Assembly: GCA_028534125.1 (NCBI GenBank)
Contig: CM052818.1
Span: forward strand, 27,716,001 to 27,780,000
Direction of reading: 5' to 3'
Source of the DNA: Lama glama
Lineage: Eukaryota
DNA length: 64,000 nt
Made by a program: the position numbers and the translations under genes
Shown: positions 41,799 through 53,600 of the stretch, in pieces
Numbering within the stretch: position 1 is the first letter of the stretch
Layout: each line of letters starts with the position of its first letter
Notes under the pieces: model-generated
What the model was told of the DNA's origin: nothing
Database searches by the model: none
What the model saw: the letters and a program-made list of their open reading frames with translations, nothing else

Positions 41799-44700
41799 TT
41801 AGATGATCTATTTCCTGTAAGAATAAGTTCAGGTGGGATTTTACCTCCACCTGACTGTTTTTAATCATTTAAAAAAATGATACAAGCTTACTAAATAAAA
41901 CTTAGAAATTATAAAATAGAAGATGAGAAATCAGAGGAGGAAGGGGAAGAGGAGAATGATGTCAGCATCATGCTACCCACACAAATGCAAGAATTTGGAC
42001 TTTTTTGTGACTTTCCATTAAAATGTTTTGTTCTTTTAGGCTTAGGATTTTTTCACAATACTGATTAAAATATACCTACATATTTGAACCCACATTTTAA
42101 ATGTAATAATTTTTTTAAATGTTATTGCCTTGGATGTGTAAATTTCATTTTCAGGTCTTCAAAAAAATCTCATTCATTTAACTGTCTGCCTATAGTTGGA
42201 TATTTGGATTTCACAATTACAGATAATCCTCTGGTAAATATGTATGTGTATCAAATATTTTTTACATTTAAAAATGTGTCCTTAGTAGCTAATCCTGTAA
42301 GGAGACTTTCTGAGTCGAAGTAGATAGTTATATTGCAAGGTGCTTTTATTGGTTAGATTTTGAACATTGTCTTGATTTTCTAAGACCCACTTATTTCTGA
42401 AGCATAGAGCTTTAACTCAGGAGGCAATCCTATGTCAACTTGCAATGTCCTCTTTCTTTTTTCTTTTTTGGCCTATTTATATTTCTACTAAAGTTTGCAG
42501 CAAATCTTCCTAAATTTTGTCCCAAGTCCAATCTTACTCTAAGTTTCTAGTACTGCCTGCACGCCTAGGTCTGCAAAGTTTACTTTGAAAGAAAGTTGGA
42601 TGCAAGGCCAGGACTTTGGTAGCTTTTACGTGCAATTACTATTGGACCTGAAAGTCCTCATATTTCTTTCCAAGCCTCCCTTTAACAATGTTCACATTTC
42701 CCTTTTTTATTCCATCCATTTACTTCCAGGTTCATGTTGAAAGCTCTGTAGCCCTATTTCAACAGCCAGTGGCCTCCAAGTGCCTTTCTTCACGTACAGT
42801 GAAGCTCTGCTTACCATCTTCTTTATTACTGTCTTCGCTTTCTTTTCAAGATCTTGTATGACCTGTTCTCTTCTCTTTTTAAAATTTGTTTGCAGAGGAG
42901 ATATATTTAGAATTAGAGGAAGACAGTGTATTCACTCTCCTAAACTGGGTTTAATATTTTGCTAGACCGACCTATCCATTGGTGGGTTCGCAGCTAATCT
43001 GGAAGCCCACAATAGCCTTGTTTCCAAATATTTCACTAACTCCCTCATAAATACTCTGTGTCCCTATTTTTCAGCTTCTTTTTTGCCCTGTCCAGGCATC
43101 ACTCCATTGTTACTATGTTACATAAGAAAAGAGACAGAGATAGGTAAGCATCATCATGCTCTATGCCATCAAATTCTTCTTAAAATTCCTTACCCAGGAT
43201 TGCCTTCTCTAGACATATGACTATTGCTCAGAAATCTGGAGCCAGAATGAGATATTCAGCAGATAAGTAGCCCTCAGGTTATTCTTTCCATAAATGGATC
43301 CAGAGTGGCTGCCAAATCAACACACTTTTAAAAAGTCATCTTTCCCTTATTTTAAGAGCACTTAAAGAAAGTACATTCAGTTTAGTGGAGAAGTCCACTT
43401 TAATGAATTTATTTCCACAGAAGCCTAAGAAAGCGAATGTAGCCTTGAAAGTGTTTAATTTGCACCTGGGGAATAGTTTACATGCCTGGAGAAAATTTAC
43501 GAAGATCCAACAGGAATTTAGGAAATTGACTCAAAGTTAGGATAATATGGTAATAATCCACTCAGTGATTTTGTACTCTACTTCCATGTGCTTACAATGT
43601 CCTCAGTACATCACTTGCTTTGTGCCACATGCCTTCATATCATACCCCTAGGAAGAACAGAGTTTCAAGTATAACTACACAGGTCATTTCATTTTTTCCT
43701 CTTTAAATATGGGGTGAGAGAGCCAATGGGTAAACAATGAGAGAGATGGATTCCTTAATAAAATAAGAGATTGATAGGTTAATTTAACTCCTTGTCCAAC
43801 ACCTATAAAAAGTAGATATCAATTAATTAATTAATCAATAAAAGCCCCTGTGTTATTACTTAAGTTAAGGGAAAAACATCCATGAGTTCCAAAGTCCAGA
43901 GAGGCCTGGAAGGGTTTTCAAAGCGAAAGCACATCAAGGTAACTGAAACTGCATTCAAACATCAGTGAATTCATTGTTTCAAACATCAGCTTTATATAAA
44001 TCTATTTTAGAAAGAGTTCCATGTGAACACCTAACTAGTTCTTTCCAATGTCCAAGCACTCTTGTGAAGTCCTGTCTTTCTCACTCATTCACAGCTTGTG
44101 ATGATTTTTTTCTGGGGGCCTTCTGTTCTTTTCTGCCATGACCTTGCATGCTTATCCTGTTCCATCAGCCGTGTCTGTATAAGGCTTCAGCTTAACAGAA
44201 GGATATAGGATTTGAGTTTTTCCTCACTGAACTTCTAGGTTTCAGGAAAATCAAAGATTGTAGCTAATTACCAGTTTCTGTGTCTTTGAACATTTCAAGT
44301 GTAATTATGTGGGCTTTGTCTACCAGAGTACATGGAAGCCACTGACTGTGGGAAGGATGTGGAAGGTGAAGAATGACAACCACACAAATTTCGTATGAGA
44401 GTTTCACGTTAACCCAAGTAATATGTTGTGGCACTTTAAAGTGACACTGTGTGTATCATAGTATAAGCATCATTTTACTTAATGTTTGCCTTTTTTTTTC
44501 TCCTTTCCTTATGTGAGTAAAAGCTGGGAGAAATGATAGCAGGATTTCCACATTGTCATGCTATGACTGTCCAAATGCTACTAATTTTTATGGGACTGTA
44601 AGATGAGTGAAGAATGACACTGTTGCTACCATAAATGCAAGTCACTCTTGTTGTTGGTTGGGTGGACCTGGGGGTGAAGAAAAGAGACAAAGAGGGAGAG

Positions 44701-45724
44701 AGGCAGATTTTTGTCTTTGGATTTATAAGGCTCCTTAGTATTCCACTCTTAAGAAAAAAGAAAGTGTATATGCCCTGGTGGTAGTGGTGGGGGTTATTAC
44801 ACTTTGGTAGTCATGAGATATTCTTCAACAGAAGTGAAGAGAAGGAAAAAGAAGGGTGGGGAAAAGAAGCAGAGAGATTAAGAATGAATAGCTGGGTTGA
44901 TATATTGACAGCCTTTATATCACTAAACTACTGATATATTAATTAAATCATGTATTCATATTTAAAGTGGTTAGGGAAGACTGGAGGGTTCCCTTATGAG
45001 CCTCTGTAGCATATACCACTAGAAAATTTATTAATGTCACTCACTTCTTTACATGCTTCTTCTGGAAGACTTTCAAGAATAGACCTCCGCTCTTTCCCCA
45101 GGTAGGCTATCACTGTGCCATTGCTTTTATTGTTTGGCTGCTCCTCACAGCAGTAAATTAAAACACCTAAATCCAAACATAGACAATTTGTTCTCTCACT
45201 TTTCTTCCAGTGGGTTCGGATAGATAGTTTTTCTAAAGGAATACGTATTTAACAAATCTTGACATTTGGGTTTAGCGCATGAATTAGCCATTCTGGCCAC
45301 AGCTTTGATCTACATAGATGCTAGCTCAGCATGAGAGGCCGTGTGGAACGTGATTCACCACGGCAGTTCTGGGCAGAGCCAGTGACCTGGAAAACTCATT
45401 CTTGACCTGTCTGGCTGTGGGTATCCTCTTGTCTCCTAGTGGTTACAATCACAGTGATAAGTGTTTAATCATTTTTCAAATATATATTAAAATACCCAAA
45501 TCCTCATTGTCTTAAGATTGGCTCTAAATATTAGCATGTAGGTTTCCAAAAGGTAAAAAATGATTTTGCAATTTAATTATTTATTCAAGCCTTTTAAGCA
45601 CCAAAAATGATACTTTTTTTTTTTTTGCAAAAATGTTGAAAGAATGTAAACAGCTGTCATAGACTGGAAAAACTTTTCTAGATCTGATGTGTAAAATGTA
45701 GGGACTTCAATGCATGTTTGTTAA

Positions 45725-45935
45725 GAGGCAGTGAGCCAAGGGGTTAGAGCATGGCATTTTGAGTCAGACACATGTGGTTCAGATGCTGGGTCAGCTGCTA
45801 AGCCTTATTTTCCTCATCAGTAAGATGCGGTTCCAGTAGTAAAAGGATTCTGAGGATTAAATGAGAATGTATGTGAGGCATTTAACAGAGTGCCTTCCCC
45901 TACCCAGACACAACAGCTAGCATCAGTATCATTAT
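45725..45935 (+). mobile_element. MIR SINE
   Basis: 'tttcctcatcagtaagatg…gaggattaaatgagaatgtatgtgaggcatttaacagagtgcct'. Confidence 0.85.
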
Positions 45936-48439
45936 AAGTATACTATATACAATCTAAGGTCTTCTGCCTTCCAGATTGAAGCACTCAACAGTCTCTCTAA
46001 AAACTCAACTTCTCAATGAATTTCTGCAGCAGGAAAGAATTTTTAAAAATAAAACCACAGTATTTGATTTGCATGGAGACCATGCATCTGCGAGAACAGC
46101 CTTTTAGCTAAGGCTCTGTTAGATCATAGAGTTACAGCCTATCTACTGTTCACACCTGTTCCTCATGTCTGACCAAAGATTCAACATCAATAAAACCTTG
46201 TGCTCTTCTTAAGGTACCACTGCTGAGTGCTATAAATAGTAGACCTTTTAATATCTTTTATTTTATTGATTCAGATCAATAAACAGTTATTAGATTTTTT
46301 TCCTTAGAGATAAAGCCTTACTTTATTTTGGAGGGGGGGCTACAAGGCAATGGGAACAGAGCCCTGGTCATTTTATGCCACGCACAGATCCCTGATTTGA
46401 ATAAGCCAGAGTGACGATAGATATGCAAAAGATAAAGCCTCACTTATGGTTACACTAGGTCCTTCCATTGCTGAATAAAAAAGAAATACACACAAGTGGG
46501 AAAACAACTGTCATCTTGTAGGCAGTAAATTGCACAGCTCTCTCATCATGCTGAGGCAACTTAGCTTTATTATATACTGATACTCAGTCAAATTCATTAT
46601 TAATAAGGGTAACCCTGAGGTGCTAAATTTCTAAGTTCTTTAGAAAAATAGGTAAATGAGCCTAAAAGATATTCAAAATATAAAATATGGCCATGGCAAT
46701 TTTAACCATAACTCTCTTCCTATGGCCTAAGCTTACATACTGTAATAAATGTGGCACATGTCATTCTGGTATTGATTGGAATAATTTTGGCTCACTTATA
46801 GACCCTAAAGCAGTTATTCTAACTTAGACTCGAAATCTGCACCATCAAGACATCCTCTTATTGAACTCACATACTGTCTTTAGTGACATTCCAAGACAAT
46901 AGTATAATTTTTCCTTCAAGAGAATAAAGCTTTATTGATCTTATTCTAAGGGACTAAAGAAATTGAGTGATAGCACAGGGAGGCTATTCCTGTCACCAGT
47001 GCTTGTCTCTGTCTGCACAGGAATCAAACCATGAGATAATGAGGTTTGAAACGCCATTGGGAAATCTTGGCTGTCTGAAAACGTCTGCAGGTAAGAGGTC
47101 AATGGATTCACCCATGGCATACAAGTTTCCCAAGTGAAGTACTTACCAACCTTTTTTTTTTTTTTATGTCAAAGCACATGATAATATCTCCTGGGGTAAA
47201 TCAGAAATTCTGGGAGTAACTATATAAGGCATGGTGATGAAAATAATTACATTTCTTTATAAAGCAAAATGTTAGAAAAAATATTAGATCTTTAATTGGA
47301 AGAATACATCCATGTAAAATCTTGAAATTTCAAATGAGAATATTGAGCTTGCTTCAGGGAACATAACTATCATTTTTATTAGACTTTTATACTTAAAATG
47401 ACAACAAACAATTTCTGATTAAGACTTTAAATGATACCTTCAAGTTTTTGATAGTCATCATCAACAAGAAACTTTATTCCCTCAAACAGGTAATAAAAAA
47501 TATAAAACCATCGTTACAGCAATTCAAAAATTTATAAAAGTTGAAATTAGATTTAAAGAATACAACCAGTATTTCTTTTCTTTTGTTAACAAATACACTG
47601 TTAAAGTTTCTGTGTTAGTGAACAATGATCTCAAGTCTAAGTATGTTAAAAATCATGATGGAGGTCTCATTTGCAGAATGTGCATACATTGTTAAAGTAG
47701 CCACCCTATGTTAGTCTGGACATCACTAGAATGTCACAAACAGCCAGAGGTATCTGGATTGTATGAAGGCTTCATCTATCAGCCACTGCACAGATCTGTA
47801 CTCATGAGGAGTTCCCCCAGTTAGCTGTAGGTTGGGTTGTTATTCTGTGTGGCTTTTGTCTCTTTTGTCCAGTATTCCTTGGCTCCACACAAGAGCATCA
47901 GGGCATTAACAGTCTGTGCTGGTTGCAGACAGCAACTTGAGACCATGGGGAATACTGTCATACCTGCCCATCCTGTAGGGCTGCTCTTGGAGGGGCCCCA
48001 GAAGAGCAATCTAATGACCAGAGACAATTGGCTTTGGAACCTCAACCAGCCCCGCACTGACGCCAAAGGCTGCCCAAGTCCAGAGGGGATACATGTCTCA
48101 TGGTACTCCTATAACTCTGTTCTATGAAGGTTTGCCCTAGGGTCTGGAATAACTGGATATCTATATAGAGTAAACATAGGATGACAATGAAGTGTCCTTC
48201 CTTCCCTAAGAACTGGGTGGATGACTGTAGGAGAGTGCATAACATATTTATCTTTTTAATTATTGTATTTTCAGTTCCTAATTCATAGAAAGAATTCAAT
48301 AAATATGTTTTTGAAAAAACGAGTTAACAAAAAAGTGAGTTTTCCCCCCTGACAGTTAGAACTAGTCAAGGTGATGCACTTAGGAGGATAATGAACCTCT
48401 AGGGCCATGAAAAATGCTACTGGAATAGTAGCTTAATTT

Positions 48440-49100
48440 ATTTATTAAATAAATAATTATTGAATTCTTACTATGTGCTCTTCTGAGCACTAAGGTTCTA
48501 GTAGTAAACATAACAGTCATAAATCCCTCCTGAGAAATAGAGGACACAGAAATATATAATATAGATAAATTCAACATATATGTGTTTGATGATTGTGAGA
48601 GAAATGAAAAAGGCATTGAAGAAGAATAGGGAAAGCTAGATAATTTAATTTTGAGAAAGGAATTATGGGAAAATGACATTTGAACAAAGACCTAGAGAAA
48701 GTGAGAGAACAAGCTATACAGATAGTGTGGGGGAAGTGTATGCCTGGAAGAGGGAACACCAAGTGCAAAGGCCCTGAGGCTGGAGCATGCTGTTATGTTC
48801 AAGAGATAATAAGGGGGCCAGTCTGAATGGAATGGAGTGAGTGAAGAGGAGGGTAACAGGAGATAATGGTGGCCCAGAGCACAGAGAACCCCGTAGACCG
48901 AAAGGACTTTCCTTTTAATCTAAGTGAGGAGATGCCATGGCAGAGGCAGAGGCAGAGGCAGAGGTGAGGAGAGCAAAGGAAGGATCTGACCTGGGCTTTA
49001 AGAGGACCCCTCCGGCTGCGCTGTTGAGAATAAACCAAAAGAGCAAAAAGACAGAAGCAGGCATACCAGTTAGAACTCTTCTGCGGTAATTCAGAGGACA
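48440..49100 (-). mobile_element. L2 LINE fragment with internal (GGCAGA)4 repeat
   Basis: 'ttattgaattcttactatgtgc', 'tgacatttgaacaaagacctaga', 'caagtgcaaaggccctgaggctggagcatg'. Confidence 0.85.
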
Positions 49101-49599
49101 GTATAACTCGGAAAAATTTGGGCCTCAACAAGGGTCCCTCTGCTCTGTGCTGTTTGAGCCAACAGAATGAATTTTTTTTCAAATACTCCGTGACTGTTAA
49201 TTCTGAATGAAAGGAATGTATAGAAAATGTATGGGGAAATATCCGACTCCTATCAAAATGTTGCAAATAATGCAACTCCTAAAGAAGGTAAAATAGAAGG
49301 ACAAAAGCTCTTTAAATACGTGATTACTTATTTGGCTTTTAAAAATAATTTTTTAAAGCTGAAGGATACATTATCTGCAAGATGGAGTTTAAAAACTCAC
49401 ACTCTCTGAAGGTGTCAAGCCAAGTTAACTTTCTCCTCAGGTTCCAGGTATGTAGCTCTAGGAGCCTCACAGCAATCCAACTTTATGCACCGTCTTGATC
49501 GGGAATGAATGTCAGAGAATTGGTTTTAAAGCGATTTTCAAAATGAAAGTAAACCATTTCATTCCCTGATTTACTTACCCACTCTTTCTGACAGCTTCT

Positions 49600-50050
49600 G
49601 TACTGCACTAGTCCAGAAGCGCTGAGTTCAGAGCAGAGGAAAGTTCTAGTCTGTGACCGGAGAATGGAGAGCCGCGAGCTGCCGCACCTGAGCGCAATCT
49701 CTCCTGGAAGCGCCAGGGGCGGGGCTGCTCTATGTGGCTCTCGGGAGGAGGCGGAGTTCTCGCTGGTCCCGGGCAGCGCACTCTCGAGAACTCTGCCTCT
49801 TATCACAGTGCCCCGGGGCTCGCGAGAACTCCGCCTCTTCTTGTAGCTCCAGGTGGGCGCTGAGTCTCCGCGCACGAGCGGCTGCCACCATCTTGTGCTG
49901 AGGTTTAATGGGTAGCGTTTGTGCTCTCAGCCTGCTGAGCTGAAGAGCCCCGGGAAGCCTGAAGCCATTTCTCACTAGGAACTCCGGTCTGAGGTGCTTG
50001 TGCCAGGCTTCTGCATGCGGCACCCTGTGAGCAAGTGAAACTAGACTGAG
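49600..50050. promoter_or_regulatory. small CpG-island promoter, possibly bidirectional
   Basis: About 24 CpGs counted in 49620-49920 against a CpG-depleted window; GC box GGGGCGGGGC (49716-49725); GCTCGCGAGA (49818-49827; BANP/ZBTB33-like); GCCACCATCTT (49884-49894; YY1-like); donor GTAAGT on minus at 49578 and GTATGT on plus at about 50206. Confidence 0.75.
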
Positions 50051-50579
50051 CACAAAGGGAAAAAAAGGTTAGACTTTATTTATTACCTAGGTTAAATTTT
50101 CATTCCCCGGGAATTGTTAGTAGAGTTTGCGGGTGACAAACAAACATGCAGTGCATGCAGAGAGAAGTCAGATTCAGGATTTATGTCAAAGGCAGAGCCA
50201 GGAAGGTATGTCGGGGGAGACACCGTGTGGTATGAAAAAAGGAGAGGAGTTAAGGACCGCATCTAGGTTCCTGTCCTGAGCGGCTGAAGAATTACGCTGC
50301 CTTGAAGACCACCTTGAATTTCGTCAATGTAAACCTGCCTAACGTAATTATCAAAGTGGAACTCAGAGCAACAACTTCGACTATGTGCCTCCCGTTAAGG
50401 TCTTCTTTTAAATAAGTATCTTATAGAGAATGACATACACAAAAGCATAGAAAGTAACGTAATGAACCAACATCCATAGTAACCAACATTTTGCCGGTTT
50501 TGAATCTTTTCTCCCCGATCTACTCATTTTTAATTTTTCAGGAGTATTTTAAAGCATGCTAGGCTAGCCATTGTGTTAT

Positions 50580-50953
50580 TGTTGAGAGAGGGCATTGAAA
50601 AGATGCGACCACTTGTTGCTGGCGAGCTGGAGGCTCAATTGGAGGCTCCTGTGCCTGCTCTTCGCCTGGAATGTATGCGCTGCCCACCGTGCTTACACCA
50701 GGCGGACCAAATACCTGACTAAACCCAGTTAAGGCCTCAATCTAAACTGTTAAGATTCTGCTGGTGGGTACGGAGACCTACTCATCTTGAGGTAGCCCAA
50801 GACAATCCTCGTATGTAAGTTCCCTTGCGTGTTAAAACCGCCACCCTCCAATCTGGAGTCGCGTGCCTCTCTCTTTTTTTTTTTTTTTTGGTCTCTTCTT
50901 GCCCTTGGTGTCCAAGGCTTCACCTGGGAAACTCCCCAAGTTGTGACCCAACT
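50580..50953 (+). mobile_element. ERV1-like solo LTR, probably lineage-specific
   Basis: TGTTG…CAAC(T) termini, 5-bp TSD GTTAT (50575-50579, 50954-50958), 'gtatgtaagttcccttg…ttaaaacc' polyA region. Confidence 0.75.
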
Positions 50954-51004
50954 GTTATTTCCCCTCCCCGAATCATTCAGTGTGCTTCACTGCCAATGAA
51001 TTTT

Positions 51005-51140
51005 GGGGTGGGGGGAGGGGAGGGGTGGGAGAGGTAATTAGGATTACTTATTTATTTTTAATGGAGGTACTGGGGGTTGAACCCAGGACCTCATGCATGC
51101 TAGGCATGCACTCTACAACTGAGTTATACCTACCCTCCAT
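51005..51140 (-). mobile_element. camelid tRNA-Ala-derived SINE (Vic-1-like)
   Basis: Antisense 'ggaggtactgggggttgaacccaggacctcatgcatgctaggcatgcactctacaactgagttatacc'; TSD caatgaatttt (50994-51004, 51144-51154). Confidence 0.92.
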
Positions 51141-52327
51141 GGACAATGAATTTTTAATATACCCATCATGATATTCCTGAAAAAGTCAGCAACCGTTTCT
51201 TAGTACTAACACACAAGCCATTTTCAGGTTTCCCTAATTGTCTCAAAATTATCTAACAATTGGTTTAACTCAGGATACAAACAGGAGCCTCACTTCACAT
51301 TTGATAGTTAAGCCTTTTAATTCTCTTTTATTCACTAATATTCCTTTTCCTTCTTTTCTGTTTATGATTTTTTTTTTTTTTGCAGAAACTGGGTCATTTA
51401 TCCTGTAGAATGCCCCACATTATGAATCTGGCTGATGATCTTTACCGAAGAGGGCTTTTAAAAAATCACTCTCTACCTTCCTATTTTTTATAAGTGATTT
51501 TTTTTCTTAAGACTTGATTTAACTTCAGTATTTTTATTCAAAATATACCTAGGTGGTGCTGATTATTTCCTAATTCACCAGGTGGTGCTGATTATTTCCT
51601 GTCACATCATTAGGTTTTTGAATCCTCTGATGAATATTGCTTAGATCCATTATTAATAAAATTGAAATTCAAAAATGGTGATTTTCTCATTTTATCACTT
51701 CTCCTGTACTTTTATCAGGCATTCTGTGGAAAAGAACTTACCCTTATCAAATATTTGGTAACCCTGAAATAAAATTTTAGAGGAAAAGCAGGATACATAT
51801 TTGATATTTTTCCTTTATTTGTTAATTTGCAGAATATTGATTTGGTCCATTGCGGCAAACAATGACTTTCACTTCTTAAAAATCATCATGAATCCATAGG
51901 TTTTTATATATTTGATGTGTTACAATCCATTGTAGTTAATTTTTACTTTCTTTTTTTTTGGTCATTTATTTACTCTATCCTAAGCCAGTGAAAGCTCTGT
52001 TAGTTTGGCTCTTCTGACTCTTCGGCATGAGTTATTTAGTCTTTGATAGCTTTCTTGCTTTCTGGCACAAGACAGTCAAGGTTGATCTTATTCATTTCCT
52101 GCGCCAGACATGAAATCAGCCATTTCTCTTAGGACCTCTAGTCTCTGTTAATATAAAGTGATATTTAGAGACCACAAGCTGTATGTTAAGGGTCCTCATT
52201 CTGTGGATTTTCATTGTCTCTTGGGCGAGCATTATAAGGAAAAAAGGACACTGATCTTGGGATTTATGCAGTCCGACAGGCCTTACTACAGGCTTGGTAT
52301 TTGTTGATATTTCATTCAGGACAGACC

Positions 52328-52458
52328 TAAGTGTTTCTCAGTGAGCAGCATCCTAAACCCTGGTCACTAAGCCCCAGTCATACCCCATAAACACTACCAG
52401 TCACAGTTAAGTTTAAATAATTTCAGGAGGAAGTACTGCCTTTGGTTGAGAACCATTG
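52328..52458 (+). mobile_element. hAT MER (MER20/MER3-like) remnant
   Basis: Termini 'aagtgtttctca' … 'ggttgagaaccattg'. Confidence 0.5.
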
Positions 52459-53049
52459 AAGATTATGCCATCTCTTGGCTTCATTTCCATGCTCTCCAAA
52501 AAAAAAGAAAAAAAAAAGACCCCTCCTCCCCAAAAAACAAAAACCTCCTAAAAACAAGAATGAGTACTCTTTTGGCATTATAGTTGTGTTAATATTGGGG
52601 AAGAGATGCCCTGAGCAGAGAACTTAGCCATCTGGCAATTAGATGAATGGAGTTATTCATTACAAAATTGGTATTAGATTTCATATACTAGGCTTGTGTG
52701 AATTTGTTTGATGTTGAAGCTCATTGAAAGACTGATTATTTTAGGATATGCTGATAGATTTTATTTCATTTTCTAGATATTCGACTGAGAACTAGAACCT
52801 GGATTGGGGTGAATTTGACAAGGTAATTTCACTTTTGAAGATTATATTTTCCCTAATGACTCCACATTTAACTTGCTTTGTACATATTTTTATTCACATC
52901 ATACCTAATGAAGAGGTACCAGTGATACATAAACATTCCAGAAAACATAAAAAGAATATCGTGTTTGGAATTTCCCACTTGTCTATTTGTAATGAAGATC
53001 TAATTCTACAGTAGTTGTGCATTGGATCAATGACAGATTTCTTTCAGGT

Positions 53050-53600
53050 TTCCATTAGTATTCATGTGGCTTCTGGCCAAAAATTTAACTGAGCCTAACT
53101 AAACAGAAAGGGGAATTTATTGGGTCACATAACTGACAGTCTAGGATTAAGATCAGCTCCCAACATGGTTTAATTCAGATGGTTAAATATAGTCATTAGG
53201 ATCAGAATCTCTGAGTCTGTTGTCTCTGCTTTCCTCAGTAAGTTGCTGGCATTTTTAGGTCGATTCCATTTGATATTGCAAGAAGGATGCAGTTGGGTGG
53301 AATCTTACTTCTTACAAATCCCAGCTGCAGATGAGGAAAAAAAAAATACATTTTCTGGAAGCCTGAGCAAACAATTCCTGTGTATCTCATTGGCCCTGAT
53401 TGAGTTGCCTACCCGTTCTTGAACTAAATACTTTGGCTAAGGGAACTGGTTTCTGTGATTTATTTAAATCTATCAGAGCTTATTCATGGAGAAAATCACT
53501 AATGGGCTGAGGGAAAAGGAATCGGTAAGGGATGGTTTTGGTGGATGGTTACCCTTTCTAGGGGAGGATGGATGCTGGAAGCAAACAGTAGTTAATCACT
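53050..53600 (-). mobile_element. old MLT1 (K/J-like) LTR
   Basis: 'aaaggggaatttattgggtcacataactga', 'tctcattggccctgattgagtt…ttcttgaactaaatac'. Confidence 0.7.

Larger units (their letters stand above)
50400..52230 (-). mobile_element. old L1 (L1MC/ME-like) 3' region, host of an LTR and a SINE
   Basis: 'gaaactgggtcatttatcctgtagaatgccccacatt', 'tttcctgcgccagacatgaaatcagccatttctc'. Confidence 0.7.

Noticed and set aside
48799..49275. 158-aa minus-strand ORF, the longest in the track
   Set aside because: It overlaps an L2 fragment and a hexamer repeat (LCLCLC) and has no protein-like features
49483..50053. Overlapping 130-aa and 107-aa ORFs in the CpG island
   Set aside because: GC-rich, stop-poor DNA; no recognisable domain; the 130-aa ORF runs through a splice donor
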